From the NCBI GenBank assembly GCA_002104905.1, contig MCFE01000282.1, positions 1 through 64,000 on the forward strand: 64,000 nt of DNA, read 5' to 3'. The stretch is from Basidiobolus meristosporus CBS 931.73. Taxonomy: Eukaryota > Fungi > Basidiobolomycota. Position numbers and translations under genes: made by a program. Position 1 is the stretch's first letter. Each line of letters starts with the position of its first letter. This document shows positions 1-14,184 of this stretch, one piece after another. The notes beneath the pieces are model-generated. The model was not told the origin of the DNA and ran no database searches. It was given only the letters and a program-made list of their open reading frames with translations.

Positions 1-2450
1 CATGCATTATTGTGACAAGGTTACTAACAGTCTTGATGCACTCTACATTTATTTGAGCAGACCTAACTGGCCAGTACATCCAATTGCTGTACATGGTAAG
101 AAACTTGATAGTGTTCTGCAAACCTCATTGCAAACCTCTGTAGGCATTATCATGGCTGTACAGTGGCCTACAGCTAGTTCTGTGTAATGCTACAGTATCA
201 ATATACCAAATGCTACTTTCTTTTTCTACCTTCCCTTGCACCATTCCTAATACCACTGTGAATTCACCCTTCTTTCTTTACTTACCCACAACTACCTTGA
301 GTCTTCCAAGTTGAGCTCAAATAAAGAAAACTATGGCATCCTGCGTAATAACCTATACATATATGCACACCTGCAGCAATTGACACACTTCTACCACCTT
401 AACTTTAAAGCTCTTTAGTGTGATACTAGCAAAGCTGCTATTTACCTTAAATTGCTGGTAACATATACACTTTGCAACCTATGCTTATTTGCTGCCACTT
501 TTGCCATGAGTGCCTCCTGAAATCTGCAAAGAGCTACTTGGTATTTAGCCAGTATATTCCTTCTCCCTGCTGGATTCTAGTCCATCTTATAGATGTGTTC
601 TTGCTCTTATTTGTGTCAATTCAGTATTGGATGGTGTGGAAACTGGCTTGTGACCAAGAGAAGCCCAACATATTTTGGTTAAGTTGTCCTAATAAGAAAT
701 AGATGCTGGTTGCACCCAACCCTACTTTGCATTACTTGACTGATTACCCAGGTATTGGGGTGGCTTAGCTTCTTGATGCAATAGGCACATGTGTCTCCAT
801 GTGTGCATCTGTCCTCAGTATCTTCAAACTCTTTCTGGCTGTCCTCCATGTGCCAACCCATCATATCTATGACAGACTTTAAGATGCTATTCTAGATGAG
901 ATTGGGATATGGTTGCACCTGCATCTTGACCTGTCTTCCTAGCTCCCAACACAGCTGCTCAATAGGGAACTCCTCAAAGATGAGGCAAAGCCCAATATTC
1001 CCCACACACCAAGCAAGATAGAATCAAGAATGGACACAGTAGTTGCAGAGATCTACATGTTCAGCTTCATACCTATGTTATGATCTGCTGCTTGAATAGT
1101 TAAGTTAATTCAGTTTTTAGTCAAATCAACTAGTTATTTGTTTGGGTTATCAGTATATCAGTATTATATATCAAATTAGTAACATTAGTCAGCAAATGAA
1201 TCAGCAGATCTTTATCAGACAGAAATAGATATATTAGGTAGGATCTTATTGGGTGATGATGATGCAATCAAATGAGTTGTCAGCCACAGCCTACATTAGG
1301 AAATACAATTAGTCAGCAATTGATCTGGCAAAATGTATATAAGAAGCTGCTGGAATCTCAATAAAGATCAGTTCAAGTTTTAGTGAATACAATACTAGCT
1401 AAACTCCCTATTCCTCTACAACTCTTATACCAAGACTTGTAACACCTGTAGCATAGCGACACAAATCATGTTACAAGCTCCTTGCAAAAAAGCTGTCAAT
1501 GTATCAAGTTAGTATTGGTAATCTTCTTATGGATAAATATTCTTACAATGTCAACATATGGCTCCCAATGCTTTCAGCGTACTCTTGGTAGAAAAAGTGC
1601 CTCCAAGGTCAGTTGGCTGTCAGCATGGTTTCCTGGGACTGTCCTGTGGCCTAGGATTGAAAGTTCAGGTAGCAGCAGATAGCAATGATCACACTAATCA
1701 AAAAGTAGTTGTAGGGATAAAAGAGATGATGATTTCTTGTTCAGGGATTGCCTCCCTTATATACTCTTCTCACTGGCAAAGTGATTACTAATCATGTTGC
1801 TCCAGAAGGTTGTGGTGGTCAAATATAAATTTTAATGGCATCAAAATGAGCCAAGAATGTTCAAAGTAGGTGCTACAAGTTTCTAAAAAGCACAGCACAC
1901 CCAGCCAGTCAGATATCAGTATTCTAAGGCCTGTGTTACATGGAATACCATATATGGTATGAAAAATGGTAGGGATGGGGACACAGATTGGTTGTGCATC
2001 ATGTGTACTGGCACATGTGTTTGCCTAATATAGAACCATTTACATCAAGTTATCTTACATGAAGTTAGGGATAACATATGCTCTATGGTAAGCAGGTGTG
2101 ATAGTCAGCTAGCTTATGGGATAGTATTCAATAAGTAATACAAATGGATTAAACTAAAATCAGCGTAGTAGAAAAGTAGGGAAGCAGAAAATATGGGAAT
2201 TAGCACATCTGTTTGTGGGTGTCACTATGACCCCACTACACTGTAACAGAGGCAGCAGATTAAGGTTGATGAGAATCAGTGGCCAGCAGGATTTGCTGGT
2301 AGAGTACTGGTTTGATGAGAATCCATCAGTTGCTAAGGCAAAGGCATGGTCATACACATCTTCAAAGTAGTCCTTGCTTCTTAGTTGTTTGTAATGTCTG
2401 CCATAAAGTATATCAGCAATGCCCACATTTGATTGATATGTAGTGCAGTT
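1..2450 (-). mobile_element. Decayed CACTA/EnSpm-like (Tnp2/Transposase_21) DNA transposon relic, family D copy 1a
   Basis: Minus-strand peptide FALATDGFSSNQYSTSKSCWPLILINLNLLP (ORF 2160-2426) matches the Tnp2 DGF...WP...NLP motif. The sequence recurs at 2.5-5.4, 13.5-15.8, 32-33 and 51-58 kb. Many stops. Confidence 0.75.
1076..1444 (+). mobile_element. Solo LTR, Gypsy family B
   Basis: TGTTATGATC...CTTGTAACA termini. Same sequence at 11401, 12642, 17715, 20473, 27740 and 31126. Flanks ccta/cctg (4-bp TSD with one mismatch). Confidence 0.85.
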
Positions 2451-5400
2451 GTTTATAGCATATATAACAGAGATTTTACAGTGCTTTGATGGCTTTATTG
2501 CACACCTTGGTTGTCATTGAAGCACCAATATGGCAGCCTACAGCTAGGCCTTTATAATGCTACCATGCCAATTTGCAACAATGTACTTGCTTTTCTTCCT
2601 CCCCTTGCACCTTTCAGTTACTCCACTTTGGACCAAACCTTCTTTATTTGCCTAATGACTACTATTTTGGGTGCTCCATGCTAAGTTTGATTCACAAAAA
2701 CTATGGCCTCCTGCTTGCTAACCTCTACATAAGCACATGCATGCTGCAGTTGACACACTTCTATCACCTTAACTTCACAGCTTTTCAATGTCATACCTAC
2801 AAAATTGCTATTCATTTTGCATTGCTTGTATCATATACATCTTGGAAACATATTCTTAGCTGTAGTCACTGTTACCAAGAGTATCTTTGAATATCTGCAA
2901 AATACTTCTTGGTACTTGGCCAATATATTCTTTCTCTCTGCTGGACTGTGGCTCTGCTTGTGGGTGTGCTCAGATTCTTGTTGTTTGGACTTCATATTGA
3001 AAGGTGTCAAACTTAACTGGTAACCAGGAGAAATCCAGAATAGTTGAGTAAAGTTGTGCCAATAAAAATTTGTTGCTTATTGTGTCAAACTAAACCTTGC
3101 ATTACCTAACTGATTACCAATGTATTGGGGCTGCTTAGCTTCTTGATGCCAATGGCATAGGTATCTTCATGTGCACATCTGAGATCTGTATTTTCCAACT
3201 CTTCCTGGCTGTCCTTCATGTCCCAACTCATTGCATCCATGACAGACTTGAAAGTAATATTCATGATAAGATTGGAAATGGTAGTACCTGCAACTAGACT
3301 TGTACACATAAAGCAATACCCACAAGCGGATTCATCTTCCTTTCTCCCCACACATATGCTCTGTCAAAAACTCCCAGCAGGTGAAATGTGCCTAATACTC
3401 TGAGATTACTCAGCAAGATGGAGTATAGTGCATATACAGTAGAAGTAGATATCTACTCATAAAACTCTATACTCATAGTACAGCCTCTCAAATCCAATGA
3501 AAAATTCATCACAAATAGGCTGCAGTTCACCAAATTGGCATTGGTGGTCCAAATCTGGATAAGTAATCCTTAAATGTCAATATAAGACTCTCAATGCTTC
3601 CAATATACTCATGTTGGAAATTGTCTTCAAATGCTACTTGAATGAATATAAGTCCAGATCATCCAGTCCTTGTGTTTAAGTTGATACATATGCATATGAG
3701 GATTGAATGGAGCTATTGAGAAGTCCTTTGGATAGCAGGTTCTCTCCAATAACTTGCTAATCTGTTCAAGCTTATCTGCTATCTCAACAGCCTCATTTAG
3801 CTTGAAATACCCCATGTACAATGCTGTATTTAGTATAGGGATACTATTTAAGCGCAAATGTGTTGCTTCCAGTGCATAGCTTTTACCACAACACATCCCA
3901 TCTTGCTTAGCCATCTCTGCATTTTGATTTGATCCATATTCTGGCTAGTAGCTTATAGCTCATTAGGATAAATGCTATGGCATGATATCTTCTGTATGCT
4001 CTCTCAGTGGGAACATGATGCTCTAGGTGCTGAGATTTGGACAGTAATAATCTGTGTGAGTTAAGAGTGAATCTGCTGGATCTTGCATATTGTCAGCAAT
4101 ACTGTTTATTTTGCTCAGGAAAGTCAGCTATCTTGCTAATAGCTGGATATCTCTAATGCAGATAATTATATACACTTTGATATGATTGTCACTACTAGTA
4201 GAACTCTGGATAACCTAAGAATTCATCCAGCAATGAATACAGGTAGCAACTCAAGATGAATGGTTACTAAGATCCAAATATCAATGAGACTACCATTTGG
4301 TTCCTGATCTGACACTGTAAGATTGGCCGCAGACTAAGGCTTATAAGAACTAGTAGCCCACAGAATATACTGATAGATTACTTGTTGAATGAGAATCCCT
4401 CATGTGCCAAAGCAAAGGCATAGTCTTACATAAGCTCAAAGTAGCTGGTGCTTCTTAGCTCTTTGTAAAGTTTACTCTTAAATGTATAGGACATGCCTGT
4501 GCTCACATGACAATGAATGTGGTACTCCAAAGCCTACAATACTTATTGGACTGCATGAGACTCCTTAGTGAGGGTATTACCATAATATATCTGGAGTGTA
4601 ACAATGTTTACCTCTAGTGGTGGTGAGTTCCAAATAGGCTGCACACCTTGCAAGTGTTATATTTGTGATTTAAATGTAATGCAATTGTTAACATGTGCTG
4701 GTATCCAGCAGTCTCTGGATCACTTATTGCTAGCTGTGTGATGGTTGCCATTTGTACCATGTTCATGGTAAGTTTCATCCTGGAATGATATTGGTATGGA
4801 GCAGTAGTAAATCAGAAGTGAATTTGGTATACTTTAGGCCTCCATTACTTATGTTGGTAGATACATGCCACTTGTATAGCAACAATATCATATTCCTCAC
4901 CAGTCATTGGATTACTGGGCTCACTTTACTCTATAAAGTATCCTTATCTTTCTTTTCATTGATTTTCTCTCATCTCATATTGGGATTTTGCTAGTCTTAT
5001 GCAGGGTACTTTTGGAGGGGTGGGGAATAGGTACACAGCTCACTATTGAGACTTTACCTTGGAATAACCACTGTTCTGCCAATATGCAGAATACTAGGAT
5101 GAGTCAAAAGGTATTACGTGCCCACCTGAATTAGTTAGCAACAACTAAGAGGTGTAGAGAGGTTCTATTTTAGATATACCAAGTGGCCAGCATAATAGTA
5201 ATGGTAGTATATTGACTGATGAGTACTCAAGTGTGACTTTTACGGCACAACACTGATTGTCATCCTTATGATACTCCCTATGCTATCTGCATGCTTCATG
5301 GATGAGAAATTTGCTCCAATAGCCACATGGTACTTTTCCCTTTCCATGCAGCATTGATTCTCAGTAATCTGGTCAATAGCTTGCTGAAAAATGTAATGCC

Positions 5401-5815
5401 ATTATATCACTTCCATTTTAATACTCATGTGAGCCTAAGAAAGCATTGCATTTGAGATTTTGCACCCACACTATTGTAAAGCTCAATGATGATGTACTGT
5501 AAGTAAAGTTGTGGCACCACATATGCATGCATAGATAACACTATTTCCACTTTGGCTTGACTCACTTCCAAATATATGCTTACAAACAATGAAGCAAAGC
5601 TGCTGGATTCCCAACCAAGCCTGACAGCTGACAGCAGCACAAAAATAGTTGGACTATGGCACGCATTGTCAGTCAGTGCAACAAGTGAGGCTCCATTTAA
5701 AAAGGCCACGCTGATGGTGAGTCCCAAACTAAGTATGAAGATCCACAATACATGTCATAAATTGCTCTTTGAACCATTCCATGAAAGCACCCTGCCTGAT
5801 TGACTCCTAGTTATT

Positions 5816-6026
5816 AGCCTTGTTCCATCATTCCGGCTGATCATAGTGCCCAATAGTGCCATAGCATGCCAGATGGTGCCTGATCATGCCACAGAGTGCC
5901 AGATGGTGCCATATAGTGCCAATTTGGGATCAAAATTGATATGCATATGACCCTAAAGTACCAAATTAATAACAAAATATACAGCACCTTCTGGCACTAT
6001 GATCAAAGGCACAATGGAACAAGTCT
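5816..6026. mobile_element. Short MITE of the AGACTTG family (211 bp)
   Basis: Termini AGCCTTGTTCC...GGAACAAGTCT, flanks att/aat, multiple GTGCCA/TGGCAC motifs. Confidence 0.7.
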
Positions 6027-7067
6027 AATGTGTAAAAAAATCAAATATCCCAGGTAGAGAATATAATATCTTTGCATCAAAGATGCAATTGAAGTGGCTC
6101 AATGTCACAGTCCAAAATTGAGCAATTTTTCATTGTGACAGCAGAGCAGCACCACAAATTCTTTAAAGTACAGCATCAGTACCCATAGAGGAAGCCTACA
6201 GATAAACTAATCATTTTATGGCTGGGTGTGGCAGTTATCAATATATCACAGAGTATATATCATAAGACTTCTCATCATTGCACTCAAGGGCTTCACAGAT
6301 CTGCAAAGTGGCTAGTATTCAAGAAGCTCTAAGAAGTCTAGCATACCATCACCTTATGTCCATAGTACCATGGAACCATCAGGAGCTCAAGGCTAAGCAG
6401 AATGTTCTTGACTTATTTGATGATCATAATTTTTGATTCCAAATTGCAATTTTATTGTGGGCCAGAATTGGGAGGCTAAGATTGTATCTCAAGAATAGCC
6501 AAAACTGCTGAAGGCAGAAAAACAAGGGTTTCATGGTCAAAAGCTAGAGGCCTCCTTAAAAGCCTGTTGCAAGCAGGGCCAAAAGCTCTATACTGGTGGC
6601 AAGGAGACATCAGGTAGCCAGAAGAGCACTTTTATGGGATAAGAAGGCAGAGATATACACACCTGTGCTTTATTTATCAAGGAGAAAATGCAGTACTATA
6701 AAGGAAGTTATCAGTCAAAATTGTAGTGAAACACCTGGCTGTGATCAAGTCAAAGCTAGCTGGAAGAATGTTTACCCATGCCATAGACAGGGAAGTGTGA
6801 GAACAAAGCTGCAGCTTTCATTAATCAATGTATTTAGCGCAAAAGAGGCAAAATCAAACAATAGTAAGGAAGAAATGCCAACAGGACCACAGCTATTTTC
6901 TCAAATGCTGGAAGCACAGCCAGCTGAGCTACACCCCAGTGAGGTAGATGGGTTTGCAGAGAAAGACAACTTGTCATCAACAGCCTCTATATCCCTTATT
7001 GTTAACAAAATGGAGATCTCACCAATAGACAAAGTAGTAATATTTCAAAATTAGAGGGCTATCAATT

Positions 7068-7801
7068 AGACTTGTTCTGTTGGATAGTGCCACATTGAGA
7101 CATGAGTGCCAAATGATGTCATAGTGTGCCAGAGAGGCCAAGTAAGCCTATACTTGGCCACAGAGTGTGAAACATAGATCTGCATCTTCATGCAAAGCAT
7201 CCCCTGTGTTTCACCTATGATACAGGAGAAAATCAATTTTTTGACGTTTTTTTGTGGATTAATATTGTGCAGGATATGCAAGAGCACTAAAGGATTGAAG
7301 ATATAAATCTGGTACTTAATACCCATGGCACTCTGAATCTAGCTCCTGTGGCTTGTAACATGTCACAAAAATGTATGGCACTATCTTGGTCCACTGGTAC
7401 TATCTGGCACTATATTTAAATATTAGCCCTAAAGGAAGATCAATACAAAGTACTTATAGTGCCTGATAGTACCAGTGGACCAAGATAGTGCCGTGCATTT
7501 TTGTGACATGTTACAAGCCAAAGGAGCTAGATTTGGAGTGCCATGGGTATTGGGTACCATATGCATATCTTCAATCCTTTAGTGCTCTTGAACATCCTGT
7601 ACAACAATGACCTAAAAAAAAAGGTCAAAAAATGGATTTTCTCCAACACAATGAGTGAGACACAGGGGCTGCTTTGCATGAAGATGCAGATCTATGTTTC
7701 ACACTCTGTGGCCAAGTGTAGGCTCACTTTGCCTCCCTGGCACACTATGGCATCATTTGGCACTCATGGCTCAATGTGGCACTATCCAACAGAACAAGTC
7801 T
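7068..7801. mobile_element. Palindromic MITE (734 bp, ~340-bp inverted arms), ATT TSD
   Basis: AGACTTGTTCTGTTGGATAGTGCCAC at left and its reverse complement at right. ATT at 7065-7067 and 7802-7804. Mirror-image ORFs 7066-7326(-) and 7543-7854(+). Confidence 0.9.
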
Positions 7802-10800
7802 ATTACCTACAGTATAACTTTGGAGCACAAACAGTCACACCAATAGGTTACTAAAGAACATGCACTTGAATATTACAATGATCATTTGCAAAGACTTTAA
7901 GATAAGGTACTAGACCAGGATGTATTGGTACTGGTTAGTGAATAGTGGCATAAAGCTGTAGGGTTCCTGCTAAAGTCAGGGAAAAAGGGCTTTATGGCTG
8001 ATGCACTGGTTGAAAAGTGGATTTTACTGGAGTTATTTGTTGAAGGTGAGACTGAGCTTAACCTTAGCACAATGAAAAGTAATTGTGAATATCCCATCAA
8101 AAGGCTATGACAAGATCTATATCTTGTGACTAAGTGTTATTGATGCTGTCAGGACACCATGTATGGACCATTAAAAAGCTGCTCCCTATATTGCATCAAA
8201 AACTCATCCAAATTATGTATCACAACCATACAGAAGTGGCACTGACTAGTTCTCTACCAATTCTTGCACTTTCTAATTCCAGATACTCAATCACTTCCTA
8301 AACTTCTGTATATTAACTTGATAGTGCAGCTTTCTCACTCTCCTTACTTCCAGACTTGCGCAATGCTCTTACTTTTCATGCATACTAATTGGTTTATTTC
8401 TGTTCAATCTTTGGTTGCAACTCAATTTCCATTATTACTCACCTGTACAATCCTGTTTACACTACTCCAACATTTAGCACAACCTCAATTTAACAAGTAA
8501 GTCCATTCAAGCTCACCATTCAGCAATATTTCTGCCAAAACATCTGGTACCCAAGAGTTCAGCAGAATCCCCACAGCTTTATGTCATTAATTCTTTCACT
8601 GGGTCCCATATTTCCTGGTCTTCAGCTTGCACTGCAAGGCCCAGTACCTCATCTGCTAATCTCTGCAATAAGCTCTCAATATATTCAAGTGCTTTTCTCC
8701 AGCACTACTATTGTACAAGCACTACAACCTTTAACTGTTCTTGTTGTTGCCTCAAATTTCACTCTAGGTATTCTAACAGTCTTTTGAGCTCTTGACATTG
8801 TTGCTTTATCTTTCAGCAGGATCTCCACTTGGCCTACAATAGACAATGTGGAGGCTGTGTCACACAAGTTACCTTACTCAGCAAACTCAGCAACCTCATT
8901 GTTGTTTAGCTCTAGTTGTGATGCTTCCAACAGTTGAAAAAAACTGTTTTCTTATTGGCAATTCTTCTTTGCTACTGTTGGCTGCAGCCTGTTCTGGGCT
9001 GATGGAGTTTATCAGTAAGAGCTACAGCTTTCTTTCTGGCCTCTCTGTCTATGGCCTGGGTTGCCACCTCTCCCAGAACCTGATTTTTCTTTGCTGAGTG
9101 GTTAAAGCTTTTGGCCCTGCTTGTGATGGGCTTCTGCAAAAGCCACAGGGTTTCATTGCTGTAAAAACTTTCACTGTTACTTTACCTAAAAGCTTCATGT
9201 ATTGAGCTATACTTTCTCCTTAATAAATGCTGTACTGGTGTGTTTGTTTCAGCCAGCATACTCCTTACTAGCACTCTTGTGGCAACCTGGCATTTCTTTG
9301 CCACTTGTATTAGGCTTTGACCCTTGTTGTGATGGACTCCTGAAGATGCTGTTGTTTCTTATAACTGTTAGGTCCTTCACTGATAAATTGACTGGATGCC
9401 TCTTAGATGAAAATCTACTTGTTGCTTAATCAATATTGTGCTGCACATCCATGTCTGCCTGCATGTCCCATATTAGAGCTATTTGGCTACCTGTTTTTTT
9501 TGCAGCTTGTTTATAGCATTTGCCCTGCTTATGACAGGCCCTTGAGGGAGTTGCTGGCTTCAGACATGGAAAACATGTCCTTCAGCCCTTTATAGTTTCT
9601 GCTATTCTTGAAATGTTTCTTAGCATACCAATGCGGGTTTGAAATCTGTTTGCTTATTGGAATCCAGCTGAATGCTCATGTAACAGGTCAATAGGATTAT
9701 GCTTAGTATTGTGTTCCTGACAGTCATATATTATGCTGACCTTGGGGTGATGCTGTGCTAGACTTGTTACAGCCTCCTGAATATTAGCTCACTGCTCATC
9801 ATTGAACACAGCGGCATTACAGATCTGTGATGTCTTTACAAGTACTATTATAGGCTTGCTCTTGAGATACTGTTAGTGAGCTTCAAGACTTTGTTGTGGT
9901 CCTCTGCTGTTGCATCAGGAAAGAGCCAAGTTCCTGTCTGTAACACTGAGCTACTTTAGTTCCTTTTCTTCAGCCACAATACTGCATTCTACTCTGAAGT
10001 ATTAAGTAGTCTATATGGGTTTCTGCTCTTCCTGTTTGTCAGCAGCTTTTTAGCTTCTTAGGGCCATTTCATCCATCCTATCATCTACTGCATCTAATTG
10101 CTTCATTTATGCTTTGTAAAAAGCTGCTAACATACTTGCTAATATAGATGGTGGTGATGTTTTGTTAGCTATTCAGCAGGAGGTACTGTACTTGTGGCAT
10201 TCTTATCTGCCTGAGCAATGTGCTCAGTTGCAGCTCTGCAGCAATTCTTAATTGCCAACTTGACTGAGAGCTTGACAAGCTTGTATTTTTCCTTTAGTAG
10301 AGACATCTTCAACATGAATTGATTTAGTTGTAGCCTCACATGTTGCAAAGACTGACATAGCAGGCTGTGGTTCAACCGTTCTTCTGTTGCTGTCTGCTGT
10401 AGTGTTTGGATAGGAGCCCATCAATGTTGCTTATTTTTGGCAGTGTATACTTGGAAGTGAGTCAAGCTAAAGAGGTCATGGTTTTACGTATAGATATGTA
10501 TGTAGTGCCAAAAAAAATTTTTTAATGCTTACTATGATGGGTTGTCATTGAATCCTACATCTGTGGCGGTGCAATGTGGTATATATATGACTGTCTCACC
10601 CTCACATATGTATTAACAAAAGTAATATAATTGCATTACACTGCTGAGTGTCAAGATGCTTGTCTCATGGATAAGAATACTTTGACCCAGCGCTGTAAGA
10701 GAAGAGAAAAAACCATGTGGCTATTGTAACAAGCCTTTGAGCCATGTAGCACACAGACACCATAGGAATTATTACCCCAATCAGAGCCAATGTTTGGCCA

Positions 10801-11400
10801 TAAAAGTCATGGTTAAGCATTCATTTGTCAGTACAGCTTAAACAGCATCATACTGGCTACTTCATATCCATATAATAGCACCTAGCCACACTTGTCACGT
10901 TGGACTAACTAATTTGGGTGAGTTGTGATGCCTGTTGGCTTGCCTCAGCCCTCTAAATATGACCAGCATAGTGACAGCACTGAAGAGGAAGACTCACTGA
11001 TGGATTGTTAGCCTATCTCCCCACACAAAAACACCCTGCATGAGCATGGCAAAATCCCAAAATACAATCAGACAAGACCCCCAGAAGAGGATCCCTATGA
11101 TACTTCATGAAGCCAAGTGTGCATAGCAGTCCATCTACTGTGGAATGATGTGAAGTTATAGATCAAAAAGTGGCATCTCCACCAATATCTGTAGTGATGG
11201 CATTAATGATTAGCTGCTACTTTTTTCCACATGTACTAGCATATAGGTCACTGTATACATGATCAAATGCTCAGCTCTATGTGTCATGGTGAGTGTTTCA
11301 TTAACAAAGTATCTTAAGACCAACATTGCACTAGTATCTTCATTTTACCTTTTGCTATTGCAACACTCAACTGAACAAACAAGAATTTCCAACATTGTAG

Positions 11401-11765
11401 TGTTATGATCTGCTGCTTGAATATCTAAGTTAGATCAGTTTTTAGTCAAATCAATTAGTTTAAGTATAGGTTATCAGTATATCAGTATTATCTATGAAAT
11501 CAGTAGCATTAGTCAGCAAATGAATTAGCAGATTCTTATCAGACAGAAATAGATATATTACATGGGATCTTATTGGGTGATGATGCAATCAAATGAGTCA
11601 TCAGCCACAACCTACATTAGGAAATACAACTAGTCAGCAATTGATATGGCAATATGTATATAAGGAGCTGCTGGAACATCAATAAAAATCAGTTCAAGTT
11701 TTAGTGAATACAATACTAGCTAAACTCTCTATTCCTCTACAACTCTTATACCAAGACTTGTAACA
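11401..11765 (+). mobile_element. Solo LTR, Gypsy family B
   Basis: TGTTATGATC...CTTGTAACA; flanks gtag/gaag. Confidence 0.85.
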
Positions 11766-12641
11766 GAAGTACAAAAGCTTAAGACTCTGCATTTTACTCC
11801 ATTCACAAATATCACATTATACAGGGCAAGTGGTAGCCAATACATGCTTCATATACAAGACCACTATTGCTAGGTGTACTTACCTTGATCACATGTGACT
11901 ATTGATCTAGCCAATGAAATGATATAAAGCTTCACAGGCTCTCTGCCTAACTATTATTGGCACTAATATAAAATTTTAGTCTTGTAAAAGATGCATAGCC
12001 TGCGTAATTGCCCAAAAACCTTGATACTTCAGAATTCTTGTGTATGTGACTTCCTCAGCTGAAAAGAAAGAAGAGCATTTCTGCCCAGAATTTCTTCACT
12101 ACAGTCACCTGTTGTAAGGTTTGAAGATTACCACCGCATCACTTGCACTGTGGAGTTTTCTGACTTTGATCAGTGATGCATTATCAAAGAGACTGCAAAG
12201 CTCAAAAGAAAGCAATCTAAGTTCTACAAGAGCAGTACCACTATCCTATTGGAGAAGTCCCCCCTAAGAAGCCCATTGGCTCTCAAGACACCCCTTCAGA
12301 AAGCCGCTTTACTCCAAAGAACCCTGTAAGGCACCCCTTAGGTACATATTCCACTTTGAAGACAGCTCTAAGAATCCTCCTTTATACTAAAAGCATCTGT
12401 TTAGAAACCCCTTAACCACACTCCTTCAAGACTAAAGGGAGTTGAGAATCTCTAAATGATGGAATTTTTTCTTGGAAAGGAAGGTGACTTTTGAATTGAA
12501 AAGAAACTGTAGAGGCAAATCAGCCCCAAAGGTTGGAGCTTTGCTATAGAAGTGAAATGCACTACCAATAGTATATTTCAGGTTTAAATTTAAGGATATT
12601 AGTGATAATTGTATCTTTTATTGATATATCAAACTCCCAGT

Positions 12642-13010
12642 TCTTATGATCTGCCGCTTTAGTATTTAAGTTAGATCAGTTTTTAGTCAAATCAATAAAT
12701 AATATGTTTAGCTTATCAGAATATCAGTATTATCTATCAAATCAGTAGCATTAGTCAGCAAATGAATCAGCAGACCCTTATCAGACAGAAATAAATATAT
12801 TAAGTATGATCTTATTGGGTGATGATGATGCAATCAAATGAGTCATCTGCCACAGCCTATACTAGGAAATACAATTAGTCAGCAATTGATCTGGCAAAAT
12901 ATTTGTAAGGAGCTGCTGGAACCTCAATAAAGATCAGTACAAGTTTTAGTGATTACAATACCAACTAAACTCCCTATTCCTCTACAACTCTTATACTAAG
13001 ACTTGTTACA
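12642..13010 (+). mobile_element. Solo LTR, Gypsy family B, inside an F LTR
   Basis: Flanks cagt/caat. The uninterrupted paralog near 37545 reads aaactcc-caat-aaactatt, a single CAAT, supporting a 4-bp TSD. Confidence 0.85.
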
Positions 13011-13056
13011 CAATAGACTGTCTCAGTAGTAGCATGAAAATGCTGTCTTATACATT

Positions 13057-13467
13057 TGGCTTCTTCTGTTGGATGGTGCCAATTTGTGCCAGAGAGGCAT
13101 AGCAGACCTATACCTGGCCACAGAGTGTCAAACATAGCTCTTGATCTTCATTCAAAGCAGCCCCTGTATTTCTCCCATTGTGCTGGAGAAAATCCATTTT
13201 TTGACCTTTTTTGATCAATATTGTGCAGTATGTGTAAGAGCGCAGAAGTACTGAAGGGATGCCTTTGATACTCAATGCCAATGGGACTCTGAATCTAGCT
13301 CATGTTACTTGTATCATATTGCAAAAATGCATGGCACTATCTTGGTCCATGCGTACTATTGGGCACTATATTAAAATATTAGTCCCAAGGTAAAAACAAT
13401 AAAAAGCACTGATAGGCATCATATGCCACTCATGGCACAATGTGGCACTATCCAACTGAACAAGTCT
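13057..13467. mobile_element. Internally deleted MITE of the AGACTTG family
   Basis: Degenerate left end tggcttcttctgttggatggtgcc, intact right end ...gaacaagtct, ATT on both sides. Confidence 0.75.
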
Positions 13468-14184
13468 ATTTGATTAGACTCTATGTTGCAGACAAAGCCC
13501 CAAACTAGTCATAATATAGCACAATTAATCATGTAGCTGATGATATATAACCCAAAAACTGTGCTAATACTAACATATGTCCATGGTGGCATTGCATCCA
13601 CAACAATAAATGCCACCATTGCAAGGTGTACAGCTTGACAAGAATCCACCACCATAGGAATGAAACATTGTATGCATTCTGGATATATCCTGGCAATATC
13701 CATCTCAAAAAGCCAATCTAATCCAACAAATATTGAGAAGCTACAGGGTGCTGCACTTAATATCAATTAAGCCCACATATTTCCAATATCTCTGATGGCT
13801 AACATTGCGAACTGCTAAGAAGTAATGGCTGCATTAAAGGTATATATGACCATACCTTTGCCTTGGTACTAGATGGGTTCATGATCAACAAGTACCCTGC
13901 CAGCAAATCCTGCTGGCCCCATATTCTCAACAACTTGAATCTGCTACTAATGTTGTGGTATTACAGCAGATATATGATGGTAGTCCCAGTGATATCTTTG
14001 CATCCATCACTGTATAACCAGGAAAGCTACCTGTATCCATTGCTGGATGAATATGTATTCTTTCCTGCAGGATACAAGTCTATAGCCATCATCTCAAAGC
14101 ACATATTATCATCTGTATTGGAGTAACCCTAGCAATCAACAGGATAGCTGGCTTTCCTGCACTAAATGGATAGTAGTGCTGTCA

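Larger units (their letters stand above)
2480..8100 (-). mobile_element. Family D copy 1b: transposase relic on minus strand (~2.5-5.4 kb) plus divergent ORF2 relic on plus strand (~5.55-8.1 kb)
   Basis: ORF 3627-3914 resembles the Tnp2 C-terminal (DUF4218-like) region. A second WPLILIN-type segment lies near 4.3 kb. 5.55-8.1 kb is homologous to 33.4-38.2 kb, 59.1-59.8 kb and, reversed, 48.5-50.4 kb. Confidence 0.65.
11790..13528. mobile_element. Degenerate family F LTR interrupted by a B solo LTR and a MITE
   Basis: Homologous to 36450-37648, including the CCCCT array (12.26-12.42 kb) and the end motif aagccccaaactagtcataat near 13.5 kb. Left boundary approximate. Confidence 0.65.
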
